A stretch of DNA of 64,000 bases from an uncultured Chloroflexia bacterium (GCA_963712745.1 CAVQJC010000002.1:96001-160000); one strand, 5' to 3'. Counted from the first letter of the stretch, positions 17,678-28,020 are shown. Notes: a model not told the origin generated them from the letters alone. Numbers and translations: made by a program.

Positions 17678-18997
17678 TTACGTTGCGCTGATGCGCTCGC
17701 CCAGCCGGGGCTGCAGCACCTCCGGCACCACGACCGAGCCGTCGCTCTGCTGGTAGACCTCGAGGATGGCTGCGACGACGCGCGCCAGGGCCAGGCCGGA
17801 GCCGTTGAGCGTGTGCAGCACCTCAGGCCTGGCCCCGGGTTCCGGCCGCCAGCGGATGGACATGCGCCGAGCCTGGTAGTCGCGGAAGTTGGAGACCGAG
17901 CTGACCTCCAGCCAATCCTCCACGCCCGGAGCCCAGACCTCCAAGTCGTACTTCTTGGCCTGGGTGAAGCCCATGTCGCCGGTGGCCATGAGCTTGACCC
18001 GATACGGCAGCCCCAGCTTCTGCAGGCAGACCTCGGCGCGCTGGGTCATCCACTCGAGCGTGTCGTTGGAGTCCTCCGGCTTGACGAAGGCGACCATCTC
18101 GACCTTGTCGAATTGGTGCACACGCAGGATGCCCCGGGTCTTGGCCCCGGCCGCACCAGCTTCCCGCCGGAAACAGGGCGAATAGGCCACGTAGTGGATG
18201 GGCAGATCCACAGCCTCGACGATCTCGTCGCGGTGGATGTTCGTGACGGGCACCTCCGCGGTCGGCACCAGGTACAGGTCGTCGCGCGTGACCACGTACA
18301 TCTGATCTTCCTTGTCCGGGATCTGGCCGGTACCGCGGGCCGAGTCCTCGTTGACCACCACCGGCGGCCAGACCTCGGTCATGCCGTGCTCGTGGGTGTG
18401 CAGGTCAAGGAAGAAGTCGATGAGCGCGCGCTGCAGCGCCGCACCGGCGCCCTTGTACAGCGGCCAGCCGGAGCCCGTGATCTTGGCGCCGGCTGCGAGG
18501 TCGATCATGCCCAGGGACTCGGCCACCTCCCAGTGCGGCTTGCGGGCCCAGCCTTCTTCTGCCTCCCTGGCCGGCTCCTCGTGCGGCGTGACCGGTTCAC
18601 CCCAGGTGCGCACGATCCGGCTGGCCTCCTCGCCGCCCTCGGGGACATCAGGATCGGGTGGGTTGGGGATGCGCAGGAGCAGGTCGTCGAGGCGGCCACC
18701 GATCTCAGCCAGCTGGGCCTCCATGCCGCTGATCTCGGCACTGATCCAGTTGGACTGCTGCTTGAGCTGTGAGACGCGCGGGCCGTCGGGCTGCTCGCCG
18801 CTCTTGATGGCGACGCCGATCGACTCGGAGATCTGCTTCTTCTGGGCGCGCAGCGTATCGGTCCGGCCCAGCAGTTCACGTCGCTCAGCATCGATGACCA
18901 GCGCCTGGTCGACCAGCGTCGGATCCTCGCCCTTGGCCACGCAGCCCTTGCGGATGACGGCCGTGTCTTCGCGCAGTCGTGCCGGTCCGACGCTCAT
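17678..18997 (-). CDS. serS: Serine--tRNA ligase
   Basis: LVPTAEVP, CFRREAG, GILRVHQFDKVEM, EVSSVSN, HTLNGSGLA. Confidence 0.98.
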   Translation of the reverse strand: MSVGPARLREDTAVIRKGCVAKGEDPTLVDQALVIDAERRELLGRTDTLRAQKKQISESIGVAIKSGEQPDGPRVSQLKQQSNWISAEISGMEAQLAEIGGRLDDLLLRIPNPPDPDVPEGGEEASRIVRTWGEPVTPHEEPAREAEEGWARKPHWEVAESLGMIDLAAGAKITGSGWPLYKGAGAALQRALIDFFLDLHTHEHGMTEVWPPVVVNEDSARGTGQIPDKEDQMYVVTRDDLYLVPTAEVPVTNIHRDEIVEAVDLPIHYVAYSPCFRREAGAAGAKTRGILRVHQFDKVEMVAFVKPEDSNDTLEWMTQRAEVCLQKLGLPYRVKLMATGDMGFTQAKKYDLEVWAPGVEDWLEVSSVSNFRDYQARRMSIRWRPEPGARPEVLHTLNGSGLALARVVAAILEVYQQSDGSVVVPEVLQPRLGERISAT

Positions 18998-20613
18998 GCC
19001 TCTCCTTCACCTGCGCCAGCGGCCGCCGGAGCGGCGGCGGCGGCTTCACGCAGTCGCTCGACCACGAACGACTCATCGAGACTAGCCAGCAGCCAGCCGG
19101 CGCGTGGGCCGTTGCTGCGGCCCAGGAACCCCAGGTAGACCGCGGCGAAGGCATCTCGCGAAGAGACGCCGCGGGCCTGGCCGGCGCGGAAGATGAGGTC
19201 CTGCCAGGCGTCGCCGCCCGACGGGTGCTCGTCGCCGGCTCCGCGGGCCAGGTCTGCGAGGAAGAGCGCCTGCACTTCGGTCAGATCGGCGACTTCGGAG
19301 GGCAGGTCGTCGCGGACCGAGACCTGGTAGCGCTCAGGGGCCCAGCCGTCGAGCCAGGTCCTTGCGACTCCCGCGCGCTCGGCCAGGATGGCCGTCTCGA
19401 CCTCGTCGAGCGGCGCGCCCTTCTCGGCCGCCATGCGCGCGTCGAGGTCCACGCCCGGCACCTGCACCAACAGGGTCAGGTGGCGGAAGGGCGGGCGGAA
19501 CCGGGCCGCTTCCGCGTCCACGTCGGCATCGGGGTCGACCAGGCTGAGCCGGAAGATGCGATCGAAGTCGGCCGGCAGCTCACCGCGCACCGGGCGCCCA
19601 TCGACGGCGGCGGCCAGTCGGTCGAACTCGTCGAAGAGCCCCGGGATAGCGTCCCCGCCGGGATCGAAGTCGAGCGCCTTCTTGGGCTTGTGCCGCAGGA
19701 AGAGGAAGCGGATGAGTTCTGGCGGAAGGAGGTCGGCCATCTCGTGAGCCGCGGCCCCAGAGCCCTTCGAGGTCGACATCTTGCGTCCGCCGACGTTGAG
19801 GAACTCGTAGACCACGTTGAGCGGCGGTTCGCGGTCGAAGACCTCGCGGCTGATGGCATCGCTGCGGTCGCGGCTGCCGCCCTTGGTGCCTAGATCCTTG
19901 CCGCAGCCCTCGATGGTGATGCCGAAGTGGCTCCACTTGGCGGCCCAGTCGACGTTGAAGGGCAGCTTGGCTCGGCCGCCGGCGGGCACCAGTCGACCAC
20001 TGTGACCACACCCGGTGGCCCACTGCACGTAGTCGGGCTGGCACTGGTAGGCCACCGTCTCGCCGTCCCAGTCGGTGGCGAGGGTGGTGCCGATACGCCC
20101 ACAGTCCTCGCAGATGACCGAGACCGGCAGCCAGCCTGGTGGCCGCTCGACGTTGCTCACGCGCAGGTAGATGTCGCGCACCACCTCCGCCCGGTCCAGC
20201 GCCAGGCGGATGAAGCGGTCCATCGAGCCGTCGCCGTAGAGCTGGCTCATCCAGTAGATCTCGGGGTGGATGCCGAGGCCCTCGAAGGTGCCCATGAAGA
20301 GCTCACCTACGAAGTAACGGGCATAGCTCTCGGCTGTGCTGCCCTCAGGGGCGGGCACGTTGGCGAGCGGTACGCCCATGTAGCGCTCCACCGCGTCCGG
20401 CGTCAGCAGTGCCTGCGAGTCCATGGGGTCCAGGTCGTCGACGCCGTAGAGGTTGCGACTGGGCAGGCCGGCCTGCACGAGCGCGCGGTGGATGACGTCG
20501 TGCAGCACGACACCGCGCAGCGAGCCGATGTGGACTGTCCCCGAGGGCGTCTTCGAGTCGTTGACGATCTGCGGTCCGTCGAAGCGCGCGGCTAGCTCGT
20601 CAGCCCAGTACAT
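18994..20613 (-). CDS. lysS: Lysine--tRNA ligase, class I
   Basis: YWAD, TPSGTVHIG, KMSTSKG, GPRAG class I LysRS motifs. Confidence 0.95.
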   Translation of the reverse strand: MYWADELAARFDGPQIVNDSKTPSGTVHIGSLRGVVLHDVIHRALVQAGLPSRNLYGVDDLDPMDSQALLTPDAVERYMGVPLANVPAPEGSTAESYARYFVGELFMGTFEGLGIHPEIYWMSQLYGDGSMDRFIRLALDRAEVVRDIYLRVSNVERPPGWLPVSVICEDCGRIGTTLATDWDGETVAYQCQPDYVQWATGCGHSGRLVPAGGRAKLPFNVDWAAKWSHFGITIEGCGKDLGTKGGSRDRSDAISREVFDREPPLNVVYEFLNVGGRKMSTSKGSGAAAHEMADLLPPELIRFLFLRHKPKKALDFDPGGDAIPGLFDEFDRLAAAVDGRPVRGELPADFDRIFRLSLVDPDADVDAEAARFRPPFRHLTLLVQVPGVDLDARMAAEKGAPLDEVETAILAERAGVARTWLDGWAPERYQVSVRDDLPSEVADLTEVQALFLADLARGAGDEHPSGGDAWQDLIFRAGQARGVSSRDAFAAVYLGFLGRSNGPRAGWLLASLDESFVVERLREAAAAAPAAAGAGEGEA

Positions 20614-20652
20614 GCACGGTCCCCTCTCACGACCAGGCGGGCCCGGACGACG

Positions 20653-21123
20653 TCAGCGGATATTGACGATGGTGTAGGTCGAGTCCCCAGCGGGCACCGT
20701 GACGGTCACCGCCTCACCCTTCTTCTTGCCCAGGAGAGCGCGGCCGACCGGCGACTCGTTGGAGATGCGACCCTCGTCGGGCGCGGCTTCGGCAGCACCG
20801 ACGATGGTGTACTTCTCCTTGCCGTTGTCGCCCTGGATGGTGACTGTCGAGCCGATCTGGACATACGTGCGCGAATGCTTCTCATCGATGAGGACCGCGT
20901 TCTTGATGATGGCGGTCAGCGACTGGATGCGCCCCTCGACGAAGGCCTGCTCGTTCTTGGCATCCTCGTACTCGGCGTTCTCGGTCACGTCGCCGTATTC
21001 CTTGGCGTCGTGGATACGCTGAGCGACCTCTGGCCGCTTGACGTTCGTGAGCTCGGCGAGTTCGGCCTTGAGCTTTGCGAGTCCTTCGGCCGAGAGGTAT
21101 TCGGGCTTGTTCGCGTTCACCAT
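20653..21123 (-). CDS. greA: Transcription elongation factor GreA
   Basis: GDVTENAEY, ISNESPVGRALLG. Confidence 0.97.
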   Translation of the reverse strand: MVNANKPEYLSAEGLAKLKAELAELTNVKRPEVAQRIHDAKEYGDVTENAEYEDAKNEQAFVEGRIQSLTAIIKNAVLIDEKHSRTYVQIGSTVTIQGDNGKEKYTIVGAAEAAPDEGRISNESPVGRALLGKKKGEAVTVTVPAGDSTYTIVNIR

Positions 21124-21325
21124 GGATCCTCGTGATGCGCCCGGCACCGGGACGCGTGGGGCACGGGTGGTAGCGGCTTGTCAGGGTAGGGTCCTGACGG
21201 ACGGCCACATCGCCCAGTGAGAACAGGCGGATCAGGCGCCGTTCAGAACCGAGATTGTACACCGTCGGGCCCCGAATCGACGCCTGCCGACCGGGCGTGC
21301 AGTGTGGTCGGGGTCGACTCGGCCA

Positions 21326-22582
21326 TCAGGCCAGGCGGCTCTGGCTGTCCTTGACCACGGCCCCGCCCTGTAGCACGGCCACCACGTTGTCAGGCTCGGC
21401 CAGCAGCGAGATGTCGTCGAGCGGCTGGCCCTGGACGAGCACGAGGTCCGCGCGCTTGCCGGTCTCAACGGTGCCGATCTCGTCTGCCAGCCCGAAGAGC
21501 TCGGCGTTGACCTGGGTGGCGCTGATGATGGCCTGGTGCGCTCCCAGGACGCGGGCCTTGTACATCAACTCCTCCCCACGACGACCCTGCCAGGGACCGA
21601 CCACGTCCGAGCCCGAGGCCAGCTTCACGCCGGCATCGCGGGCGACCTCGATCGACCGGTACGCGCGCTTCACGAATCCGTCGAGGAGAGCCAGCTTCTC
21701 GGGGGCCAGGCCCATGCGGTCGGGATGGGCTATGAACGACTCCATGGTCTGCAGCGTGGGCACGATGAAGGCACCCGCCGCCGCCACGCGCGCGGCGGTC
21801 TCCGGTTCCAGCATCGAGCCGTGCTCGATGGAGCGGACACCGGCCTCGAGCGCCATCTCCACGGAGGGCGAGGTGTGGCAGTGGGCCATGACGTAGGTGC
21901 CCCAGCTGGCAGCGACCTCGACCGCCACCGCGATCTCCGCCACCGAGAGCTGCAGCGACTCGAGTGGATCGGTCGGACTGATGAGACCGCCGCTGGCCAT
22001 GAGCTTGATCTGGGTGGCCCCTCGCCGGAGCTGTTCGCGGGCGGCACGGCGCACCTCGTCGATGCCGTCGACGACCTCGTGGCCGGCCACCAGCCCGGGG
22101 ATCGTGTGGCTCGCGTGCTGAGCCTCGTGCCGCTGACGGTCGTCGGCGTGGCCGCCGGTCTGAGAGATGGCCGAGCCGGCCGGCAGGATGCGCGGCCCCG
22201 GGAGCGCCCCGGACTCGACCGCCCGGGCCCAGGCCGGCTCCAGGCCCCCGGCGTCGCGAACGGTGGTGAAGCCTTCCTGCAGGGCGCCGCTGATGAAGTC
22301 GGCCACGGTCAGCACATGCATGATCCAGGTGTCGCTGCCGTGATCGCCCTTGCGGCCGATGAGCGCGAAGTGCACGTGGGCATCGGTGAGGCCGGGGAGC
22401 AAGGTGGTGCCGCTGCCGTCGAGGACCGGCACCCCGGCGGCCACTTCGGCCACGGCTCCCAGGCGAGCGATGCGGCCATCCTCCACGAGGACATCGCCGC
22501 GGCCATCGGGCTCGGCGCCCGTGGCGTCGATGACCGCGACGTCGCGGATGACCAGGCGGTCCGGCTGCTCGGTCTTGGCCAT
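21326..22582 (-). CDS. Amidohydrolase family protein (Xaa-Pro dipeptidase-like)
   Basis: PGLTDAHVH, GFTTVRDAGG, SIEHG, GKRADLV. Confidence 0.92.
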   Translation of the reverse strand: MAKTEQPDRLVIRDVAVIDATGAEPDGRGDVLVEDGRIARLGAVAEVAAGVPVLDGSGTTLLPGLTDAHVHFALIGRKGDHGSDTWIMHVLTVADFISGALQEGFTTVRDAGGLEPAWARAVESGALPGPRILPAGSAISQTGGHADDRQRHEAQHASHTIPGLVAGHEVVDGIDEVRRAAREQLRRGATQIKLMASGGLISPTDPLESLQLSVAEIAVAVEVAASWGTYVMAHCHTSPSVEMALEAGVRSIEHGSMLEPETAARVAAAGAFIVPTLQTMESFIAHPDRMGLAPEKLALLDGFVKRAYRSIEVARDAGVKLASGSDVVGPWQGRRGEELMYKARVLGAHQAIISATQVNAELFGLADEIGTVETGKRADLVLVQGQPLDDISLLAEPDNVVAVLQGGAVVKDSQSRLA

Positions 22583-22639
22583 GGGTACCCTCCCCTGCGA
22601 TCGTTCGGTGGTGTTGGTCGGTCGACGGTCCCGGGCCGG

Positions 22640-23122
22640 CTACCGGCCCAGGTGGAGCAGGCGCTTGCGCACACGGAACAGCGCGCGCTCGTCGGCACAG
22701 GCGACGAAGAGCGTGTCGTCGCCGGCGATGGTGCCGAGCACGTCGGGCCAGCGAGCGCGGTCGAGTGCGGCAGCGATGGCGTGGGCCGCACCCGGCACCG
22801 CGCGGATGACCAGCATGGAACCCGAGTGGCGGACGTCGACGGGCAGGTCGCTGAGCAGCTGGCGCAGGCGCTGCTCGCCCTCCAGCTCGACCGCGGCCTC
22901 AGCCGACGGCAGGGCGTACACCTGGGCCCCGGCCACGCGCACCTTGACCAGGCCCATCTCCGTGATGTCGCGACTGACGGTGGCCTGGGTCACACGGAAA
23001 CCCTTGTCCTGCAGAGCCGCCACCAGCTCGCGCTGGGTCCGCGGCCGCCGGTCGCGGACGACATCGGCGATGGCCTGCTGGCGGGCGCGCTTGAGGATCT
23101 CGCTCGTACCGCTGCGTGCCAT
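22640..23122 (-). CDS. argR: Arginine repressor
   Basis: TQATVSRDI, GTIAGDDTLF. Confidence 0.95.
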   Translation of the reverse strand: MARSGTSEILKRARQQAIADVVRDRRPRTQRELVAALQDKGFRVTQATVSRDITEMGLVKVRVAGAQVYALPSAEAAVELEGEQRLRQLLSDLPVDVRHSGSMLVIRAVPGAAHAIAAALDRARWPDVLGTIAGDDTLFVACADERALFRVRKRLLHLGR

Positions 23123-23124
23123 GG

Positions 23125-23955
23125 TCAGCCGTTCAGCAGGAGGAGCACGAGGAAGACGACGGCGGCGATGAGCCGGTAGACGATGAAGATGTAGGTGCTG
23201 TGATCGCGCAGGTAGCGCAGGAGCAGGCCGATGGCCAGCCAGCCGGAGACGGCCGCGGCGATGACCCCGGCCGCGAGCACGGCGATGTCGATGTCGCCCG
23301 CCCCACCACTGACGATGGTGCGTGTCTTCCACAGTCCGGCTCCAGCGATGATGGGGATGCCCATCAGGAAGGCGAAGCGCGCGGCAGCGTCGCGCTTGAG
23401 TCCGCGCGCGAGCCCGGCCGCGATGGTCACACCCGAGCGACTGATGCCGGGGAAGAGCGCGAAGGCCTGAGCCACGCCGATGACGGCAGCATCCGCGTAC
23501 TCGGTCTGCTCGAGGTCGCGCTCGCGGGTGCCGATGATCTCGCCCAGCCACAGGAGCCCTGCGCCGCCGACCAGGATGAACGGGATGACGATGACCGCGT
23601 CGTAGAAGAACTCGTCGATCCATTCCTCGAAGAGGAGGCCGAAGAGCGCAGCCGGGATGATCGTCAGCAGCAACACCAGCGAGAGCTTGCGATCGGGGTC
23701 GCCGCCGAAGGAACGCTCGCGCAGCAAGGCCACGAACGCCTTGACGAGCACGAGGACGTCGCGCCAGAAGTAGAGCAGCAGCGCCGCCAGCGTGCCCATG
23801 TGCAGCATGACCACGAACTCTGAGCTGTTGATGAGCGCGTCATCCCAGCCCAGGATCCGCGGCAGCACGATGAGGTGGGCAGAAGATGAGACCGGCAGGA
23901 ACTCGGTCAGCCCCTGCACGATACCGATGATGATGGCCTGGACGATCTCTTCCAA
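23125..23955 (-). CDS. uppP: Undecaprenyl-diphosphatase
   Basis: QGLTEFLPVSSSAH, PGISRSG. Confidence 0.96.
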   Translation of the reverse strand: MEEIVQAIIIGIVQGLTEFLPVSSSAHLIVLPRILGWDDALINSSEFVVMLHMGTLAALLLYFWRDVLVLVKAFVALLRERSFGGDPDRKLSLVLLLTIIPAALFGLLFEEWIDEFFYDAVIVIPFILVGGAGLLWLGEIIGTRERDLEQTEYADAAVIGVAQAFALFPGISRSGVTIAAGLARGLKRDAAARFAFLMGIPIIAGAGLWKTRTIVSGGAGDIDIAVLAAGVIAAAVSGWLAIGLLLRYLRDHSTYIFIVYRLIAAVVFLVLLLLNG

Positions 23956-24064
23956 CCGCTCCTCCGATGGGCGACGGCGTCAGCCGGCGCTTTCTGAGGG
24001 TACCCGGGAATCGCACGAGCGCCGGTGAAGGCACCGGCGGTCGGTTCGGGCGAATCGCCCGGGT

Positions 24065-24142
24065 GGGTCGACAGGGCAGCTCGGTCGGGCGGGTCGACAG
24101 GGCAGCTCGGTCGGGCGGGTCGACTGGGCAGCTCGCTCGGGC
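24065..24142. repeat. 26-bp tandem repeat x3
   Basis: GGGTCGACAGGGCAGCTCGGTCGGGC at 24065, 24091 and 24117 (third copy has 2 changes), between ndk and uppP. Confidence 0.85.
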
Positions 24143-24162
24143 GGGGCCCGGGCAGCGCCTGC

Positions 24163-24615
24163 CTACTCCACGATCCAGGCGTCGATGGCACGCTCGTAGT
24201 CGAGCAACTCGGCGTCGTCGAACCAGAGGGCCAGTTCGGCGGCGGCGTTCTCGGAGCTGTCCGAAGCGTGGACGATGTTCATGCCGGTCTCGAGCGCGAA
24301 GTCACCGCGAATCGACCCGGGCGCGGCCTCGTTGGGGCGGGTGGCGCCGTTGATGGCGCGGCAGACCTCGATGGCCTTGGGACCTTCGACCGCCATGGCC
24401 ACGAGCGGGCCGGAGGTGATGAACTCGATGAGGCCGGCGAAGAACGGCTTGTCCGAGTGCACCGCGTAGTGGCGCTCGGCGAGCGAGCGCTCGGCCTGCA
24501 TGAGCTTGAGGCCGGCGACACGCAGGCCGCGCGCCTCGTAGCGATCGATGACGCGGCCGATGAGGGCGCGCTGAACGCCGTCGGGCTTGATCAGGATGAG
24601 GGTTCGCTCGCTCAC
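24163..24615 (-). CDS. ndk: Nucleoside diphosphate kinase
   Basis: ERTLILIKPDGVQR, GSIRGDF, NIVHASDS. Confidence 0.98.
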   Translation of the reverse strand: MSERTLILIKPDGVQRALIGRVIDRYEARGLRVAGLKLMQAERSLAERHYAVHSDKPFFAGLIEFITSGPLVAMAVEGPKAIEVCRAINGATRPNEAAPGSIRGDFALETGMNIVHASDSSENAAAELALWFDDAELLDYERAIDAWIVE

Positions 24616-26309
24616 ATGGGCTCCTTCGATGACGGCCCTTGACCCAGGGCCTGGTGCGCTGTTTGGTAGGCCGCGGCCGCCTCGGTGTCGCGTCCGAGGA
24701 AGCGGTAGGCATCACCTCTGACGAGATGGATGGCCGCCAGGTCGGCGCTGCCGGGAGGGGCGGCGGAAGCGGCTCGGTCGGCTGCCGACAGGATGATAGG
24801 GGCCAGCGCCGGGTCCAGCCGCAGGAGCACGGCCAGTCGCTGGACGGCCGCGCGGATGTCGCCGGCATCGAGGGCACGGTCGACAGTCTCGAGTTCCGCA
24901 CCGGCGAGGCGTCCGCTAATGACCACCGCGCCGGTACTGCTGGCACCGCCCGGCAGCATCGGTCCGCCACGGCCAACGGGCACGGGGAGCGGGGCCGTGA
25001 GCGGAGCCGGGATCGGCTGGACGATGGGCTCGAGTCGCCAGGTCTCGGGGGTAGGCGCCGTGACCTCGCTGCCGCCGGCCAACAGGCCCCAGTGGCCGGG
25101 CTCTGCCGCCCCGGTCATCATCCAGCCCTCGTCGGCCGGGGGCCAGGCCTGGCTGCGCGGCTCCAGTGCGAAGAGGACGTCGATGGCGCCGCCGACTCGC
25201 TCCTGTACCGACACTGCGGTGGTTCGAGCGTCGGCGTCCTGTTCGCTGCCGGCCAGTTCCTCGGCCAGGATCAGGGCAGCCAGGGGCTCGTCGCCGCCCG
25301 ACGCCTGGTGAGCGCGCGCGGCCTCGGCCGCACCCAGGAGGTCCCCGCTGCGCCAGCGCACCTCGGCGAGGTCGGCCATGGCTTCGCGGTCCAGGGTCCC
25401 ATCACCAGCCATGCCCTCGAGCCGGGCCCGCGACAGCGTGAGCAGGCCTCCACGAAGGTGTACGCGCGCGAGGCGTGCGTCCGCGGAGCGGCTCGCGACC
25501 GCGGCCTGGTCGTCCGTGGGGCCGGGGAGCGGCGCATCGGACGTCGCCGCCGGCATCGTCAGCGGCACCGAGCCTCCGGGGCGTGGACGCGATGGAGCCG
25601 GTCGAGGTCCCGACGGCTCGGGCGCAGCAGGTGGCGCAGGCCGCGCAGGCGGAGACGGACGCGCCGTCCCAGGAGCCGGCGGCATCGGAGCGGAGCGGGT
25701 CATGCCCGGTGGCGGTGGCGGCCCGGCGTACCGCGGGGGCGGCGGGCCTGGATATGCACCCGGCGCCGGGCCGGGGTACGGGCCGGGCGGCGGCATGGCA
25801 CCCGACGGTGTCATGGCACCCCGCGGTGGCATGCCGGGGCCACGTGCGACGTTGGGTGGCGGCGGCATGCCGGGGCCCATGGGCATGCCTGGACGCGGCG
25901 GCATCGGACGGCCCGCCGGTGGCGGACCCGGCGGCATGGGACCCGGTAGCCCCGCGGCGGGTGGCATGGGACCGGGTGGCATGGGACCGGGTGGCATGCG
26001 CGCGGGTGGCATGCGCGCGGGCGACACGGGCGTGGGGCCGCCCGGCTGCCCAGGCGGGGCCGGCGTGCCGGGCTGGGTCGTGGCGTCCGGCTCAGGCGGG
26101 AACCCTGATGGCGTCGCGTCGTCCGACTCGGCGATCGGGCCAGGCTCGGCCGCGCTGCCTGATTCATTCGAGACGCCCGGATCAGGCCCCTCGGCCGGGC
26201 TGCTCGGCTCGTTTCGGACAACCGGATCAGGCCCCTCGGCCGCAAGATCCCCCTTGGGCCAGTCGGCCGGCTGCTTCGGCCCTTCCCGCTTGGGCTGTTC
26301 CTCACTCAT
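24612..26309 (-). CDS. Hypothetical protein: Pro/Met-rich disordered N-terminal half, helical TPR-like C-terminal half
   Basis: 4-nt overlaps with both neighbours; C-terminal HLVRGDAYRFLGRDTEAAAAY is TPR-like. Confidence 0.75.
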   Translation of the reverse strand: MSEEQPKREGPKQPADWPKGDLAAEGPDPVVRNEPSSPAEGPDPGVSNESGSAAEPGPIAESDDATPSGFPPEPDATTQPGTPAPPGQPGGPTPVSPARMPPARMPPGPMPPGPMPPAAGLPGPMPPGPPPAGRPMPPRPGMPMGPGMPPPPNVARGPGMPPRGAMTPSGAMPPPGPYPGPAPGAYPGPPPPRYAGPPPPPGMTRSAPMPPAPGTARPSPPARPAPPAAPEPSGPRPAPSRPRPGGSVPLTMPAATSDAPLPGPTDDQAAVASRSADARLARVHLRGGLLTLSRARLEGMAGDGTLDREAMADLAEVRWRSGDLLGAAEAARAHQASGGDEPLAALILAEELAGSEQDADARTTAVSVQERVGGAIDVLFALEPRSQAWPPADEGWMMTGAAEPGHWGLLAGGSEVTAPTPETWRLEPIVQPIPAPLTAPLPVPVGRGGPMLPGGASSTGAVVISGRLAGAELETVDRALDAGDIRAAVQRLAVLLRLDPALAPIILSAADRAASAAPPGSADLAAIHLVRGDAYRFLGRDTEAAAAYQTAHQALGQGPSSKEPM

Positions 26310-27568
26310 GGCAGTCGCAAGGCCCCCTCAAGGCTGCCGGCTTCGAGGTTCGGACCGATGACCGCAGCGCACAGGGCTTCGTCGCGGAATAGCCGGCCGG
26401 CCAGTGCCCGGATGTCGTCTGCAGTCACCCCTCGCAACGCCTCGATCACCTCTTCCATCGTCATCACGCGCTCGTGCAGAGCCTCCTGGCTGCCCAGGAA
26501 CGACGACACGGCGCGTGACTCCTCCAGCCTTAGCTCCAGCCGGCCGATCGTGTAGTTGCGAGCTCGTTCGAGCTCTGCGGCCGGAACCGCCTCGTCACGC
26601 AATCGTGCCAGCTCCGAGAGCACGCCCCGGGTCGCCGGTACGACGTCATCGGCATCGACGCCCATGTATACCTGAAGCAGGCCCGTATCAGCGTAGTCCG
26701 TCTGGAATGAGTGCACGTCGTAGGACAGCCCGTCCTCCTCGCGGATCTTCATGAACAGCCGCGAGGACGTGCCGTCTCCGAGGATGGTGTTGAGCAGGTC
26801 CAGCGTCCACTGGTCAGCGTGATCGCGAGGCAGGGCGGGGACACCGATGCACACGTGCGCCTGGGCAGTGTGCCGATGATCGAGTCGCATGCGCTCGAGC
26901 GGGCCTGCCGGTGCCGGCTCGTATGCCTGGGCCACACCGTTCCCACGGCCGAAGTGCCGCTGGACCAAGTCCACGGCTTCGTCGTGGCCGATGTCGCCCG
27001 CCAGCGAAACGACCATGTTGGAGGGCTGGTAGGCGGCAGCCCAGAAGTCGCGGATGTCCACGTCGGTCAGCGAGCGCACCGACTCCTCGTCGCCGGCGAT
27101 CTCCCAGCCCAACGGCGTGTCGCCGAAGAAGGCCTCGTCCCAGATGTTGTAGATGAACTGGGCCGGATCGTCGCGATAGGAGCGGATCTCGTCGACGATG
27201 ATCTCGCGCTCGTGGGCGATGTCCGCGCTGCGGAGTCGCGGGTGCAGTGTCAGCTCCGAGAGGACGTGGACGGCACGATCGGCCTCGCGGATCGGCAGCC
27301 GTGCCCAGTAGACGGTGACTTCGCGATCGGTGGCCGCGTTCGAGCTGCCGCCGACCCCTTCGATGGCGTCCGAGACCTCCCGGGTCGTCACGAGGTCGCG
27401 CGTGCCCTTGAACGTGATGTGCTCCATGAAGTGCGCGAGGCCCGACTTCGCGCGCGTCTCGCCGCGTGAGCCGACCATGACGTACACGGCCACCGACAGC
27501 GAGCGCATGCCGGGCAGACGGGCGGTGATGACGCGCGGCCCATCGGGCAGCTCGGTACGTTCGAACAT
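26306..27568 (-). CDS. M16 (pitrilysin-family) zinc peptidase
   Basis: GLAHFMEH (HxxEH), SSRLF..IRE..GLSY. Confidence 0.95.
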   Translation of the reverse strand: MFERTELPDGPRVITARLPGMRSLSVAVYVMVGSRGETRAKSGLAHFMEHITFKGTRDLVTTREVSDAIEGVGGSSNAATDREVTVYWARLPIREADRAVHVLSELTLHPRLRSADIAHEREIIVDEIRSYRDDPAQFIYNIWDEAFFGDTPLGWEIAGDEESVRSLTDVDIRDFWAAAYQPSNMVVSLAGDIGHDEAVDLVQRHFGRGNGVAQAYEPAPAGPLERMRLDHRHTAQAHVCIGVPALPRDHADQWTLDLLNTILGDGTSSRLFMKIREEDGLSYDVHSFQTDYADTGLLQVYMGVDADDVVPATRGVLSELARLRDEAVPAAELERARNYTIGRLELRLEESRAVSSFLGSQEALHERVMTMEEVIEALRGVTADDIRALAGRLFRDEALCAAVIGPNLEAGSLEGALRLP

Positions 27569-27667
27569 CGGGGCGCCATCGTACACGGGCTTGCCCTGTC
27601 GACCCTGCGGCACCCAGTCGCAACGTGCCGGCGCGCGTGTGGGGTGGGCTGCACATCGCGCGGCTGA

Positions 27668-27741
27668 GCCGCGGCGTGGTCGTGTGGTCGCTGAGTTGCG
27701 GGGCTAGGCCGCGGCGTGGTCGTGTGGTCGCTGAGTTGCGG
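27668..27741. repeat. 34-bp direct repeat x2 (period 40)
   Basis: GCCGCGGCGTGGTCGTGTGGTCGCTGAGTTGCGG at 27668 and 27708. Confidence 0.85.
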
Positions 27742-27769
27742 CGCGGTCGCGGGCTCGCTGGGTCTCCAT

Positions 27770-28020
27770 TCCCGTTCAACGGGACAACGCAACCCGTTCG
27801 CGACCCGGACTGATCGGCTCGTTGCGTCAGACGGGAAGAAGGGACCTGATGTCCCGCTCAACGGGACGTCCGCGCGAATCCCACGTCCGGCATGTCCAGA
27901 TGTCCCGCTCAACGGGACGTCCGCGCGAATCCCACGTCCGGCATGTCCAGATGTCCCGCTCAACGGGACGTCCGCGCGAATCCCACGTCCGGCATGTCCA
28001 GATGTCCCGCTCAACGGGAC
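27770..28020. repeat. Left dyad array (TCCCGYTCARCGGGA), including a 51-bp tandem repeat x3.4
   Basis: Dyads at 27770, 27822 (degenerate), 27852, 27903, 27954 and 28005; identical 51-bp units across 27848-28020. Confidence 0.9.

Noticed and set aside
24065-24142. Functional element in the 26-bp repeat between ndk and uppP
   Set aside because: No other copy, ORF or clear structure; treated as an ordinary VNTR.
27848-28020. CRISPR array
   Set aside because: The intervening sequences are identical (a pure 51-bp tandem repeat) and no cas genes are present.
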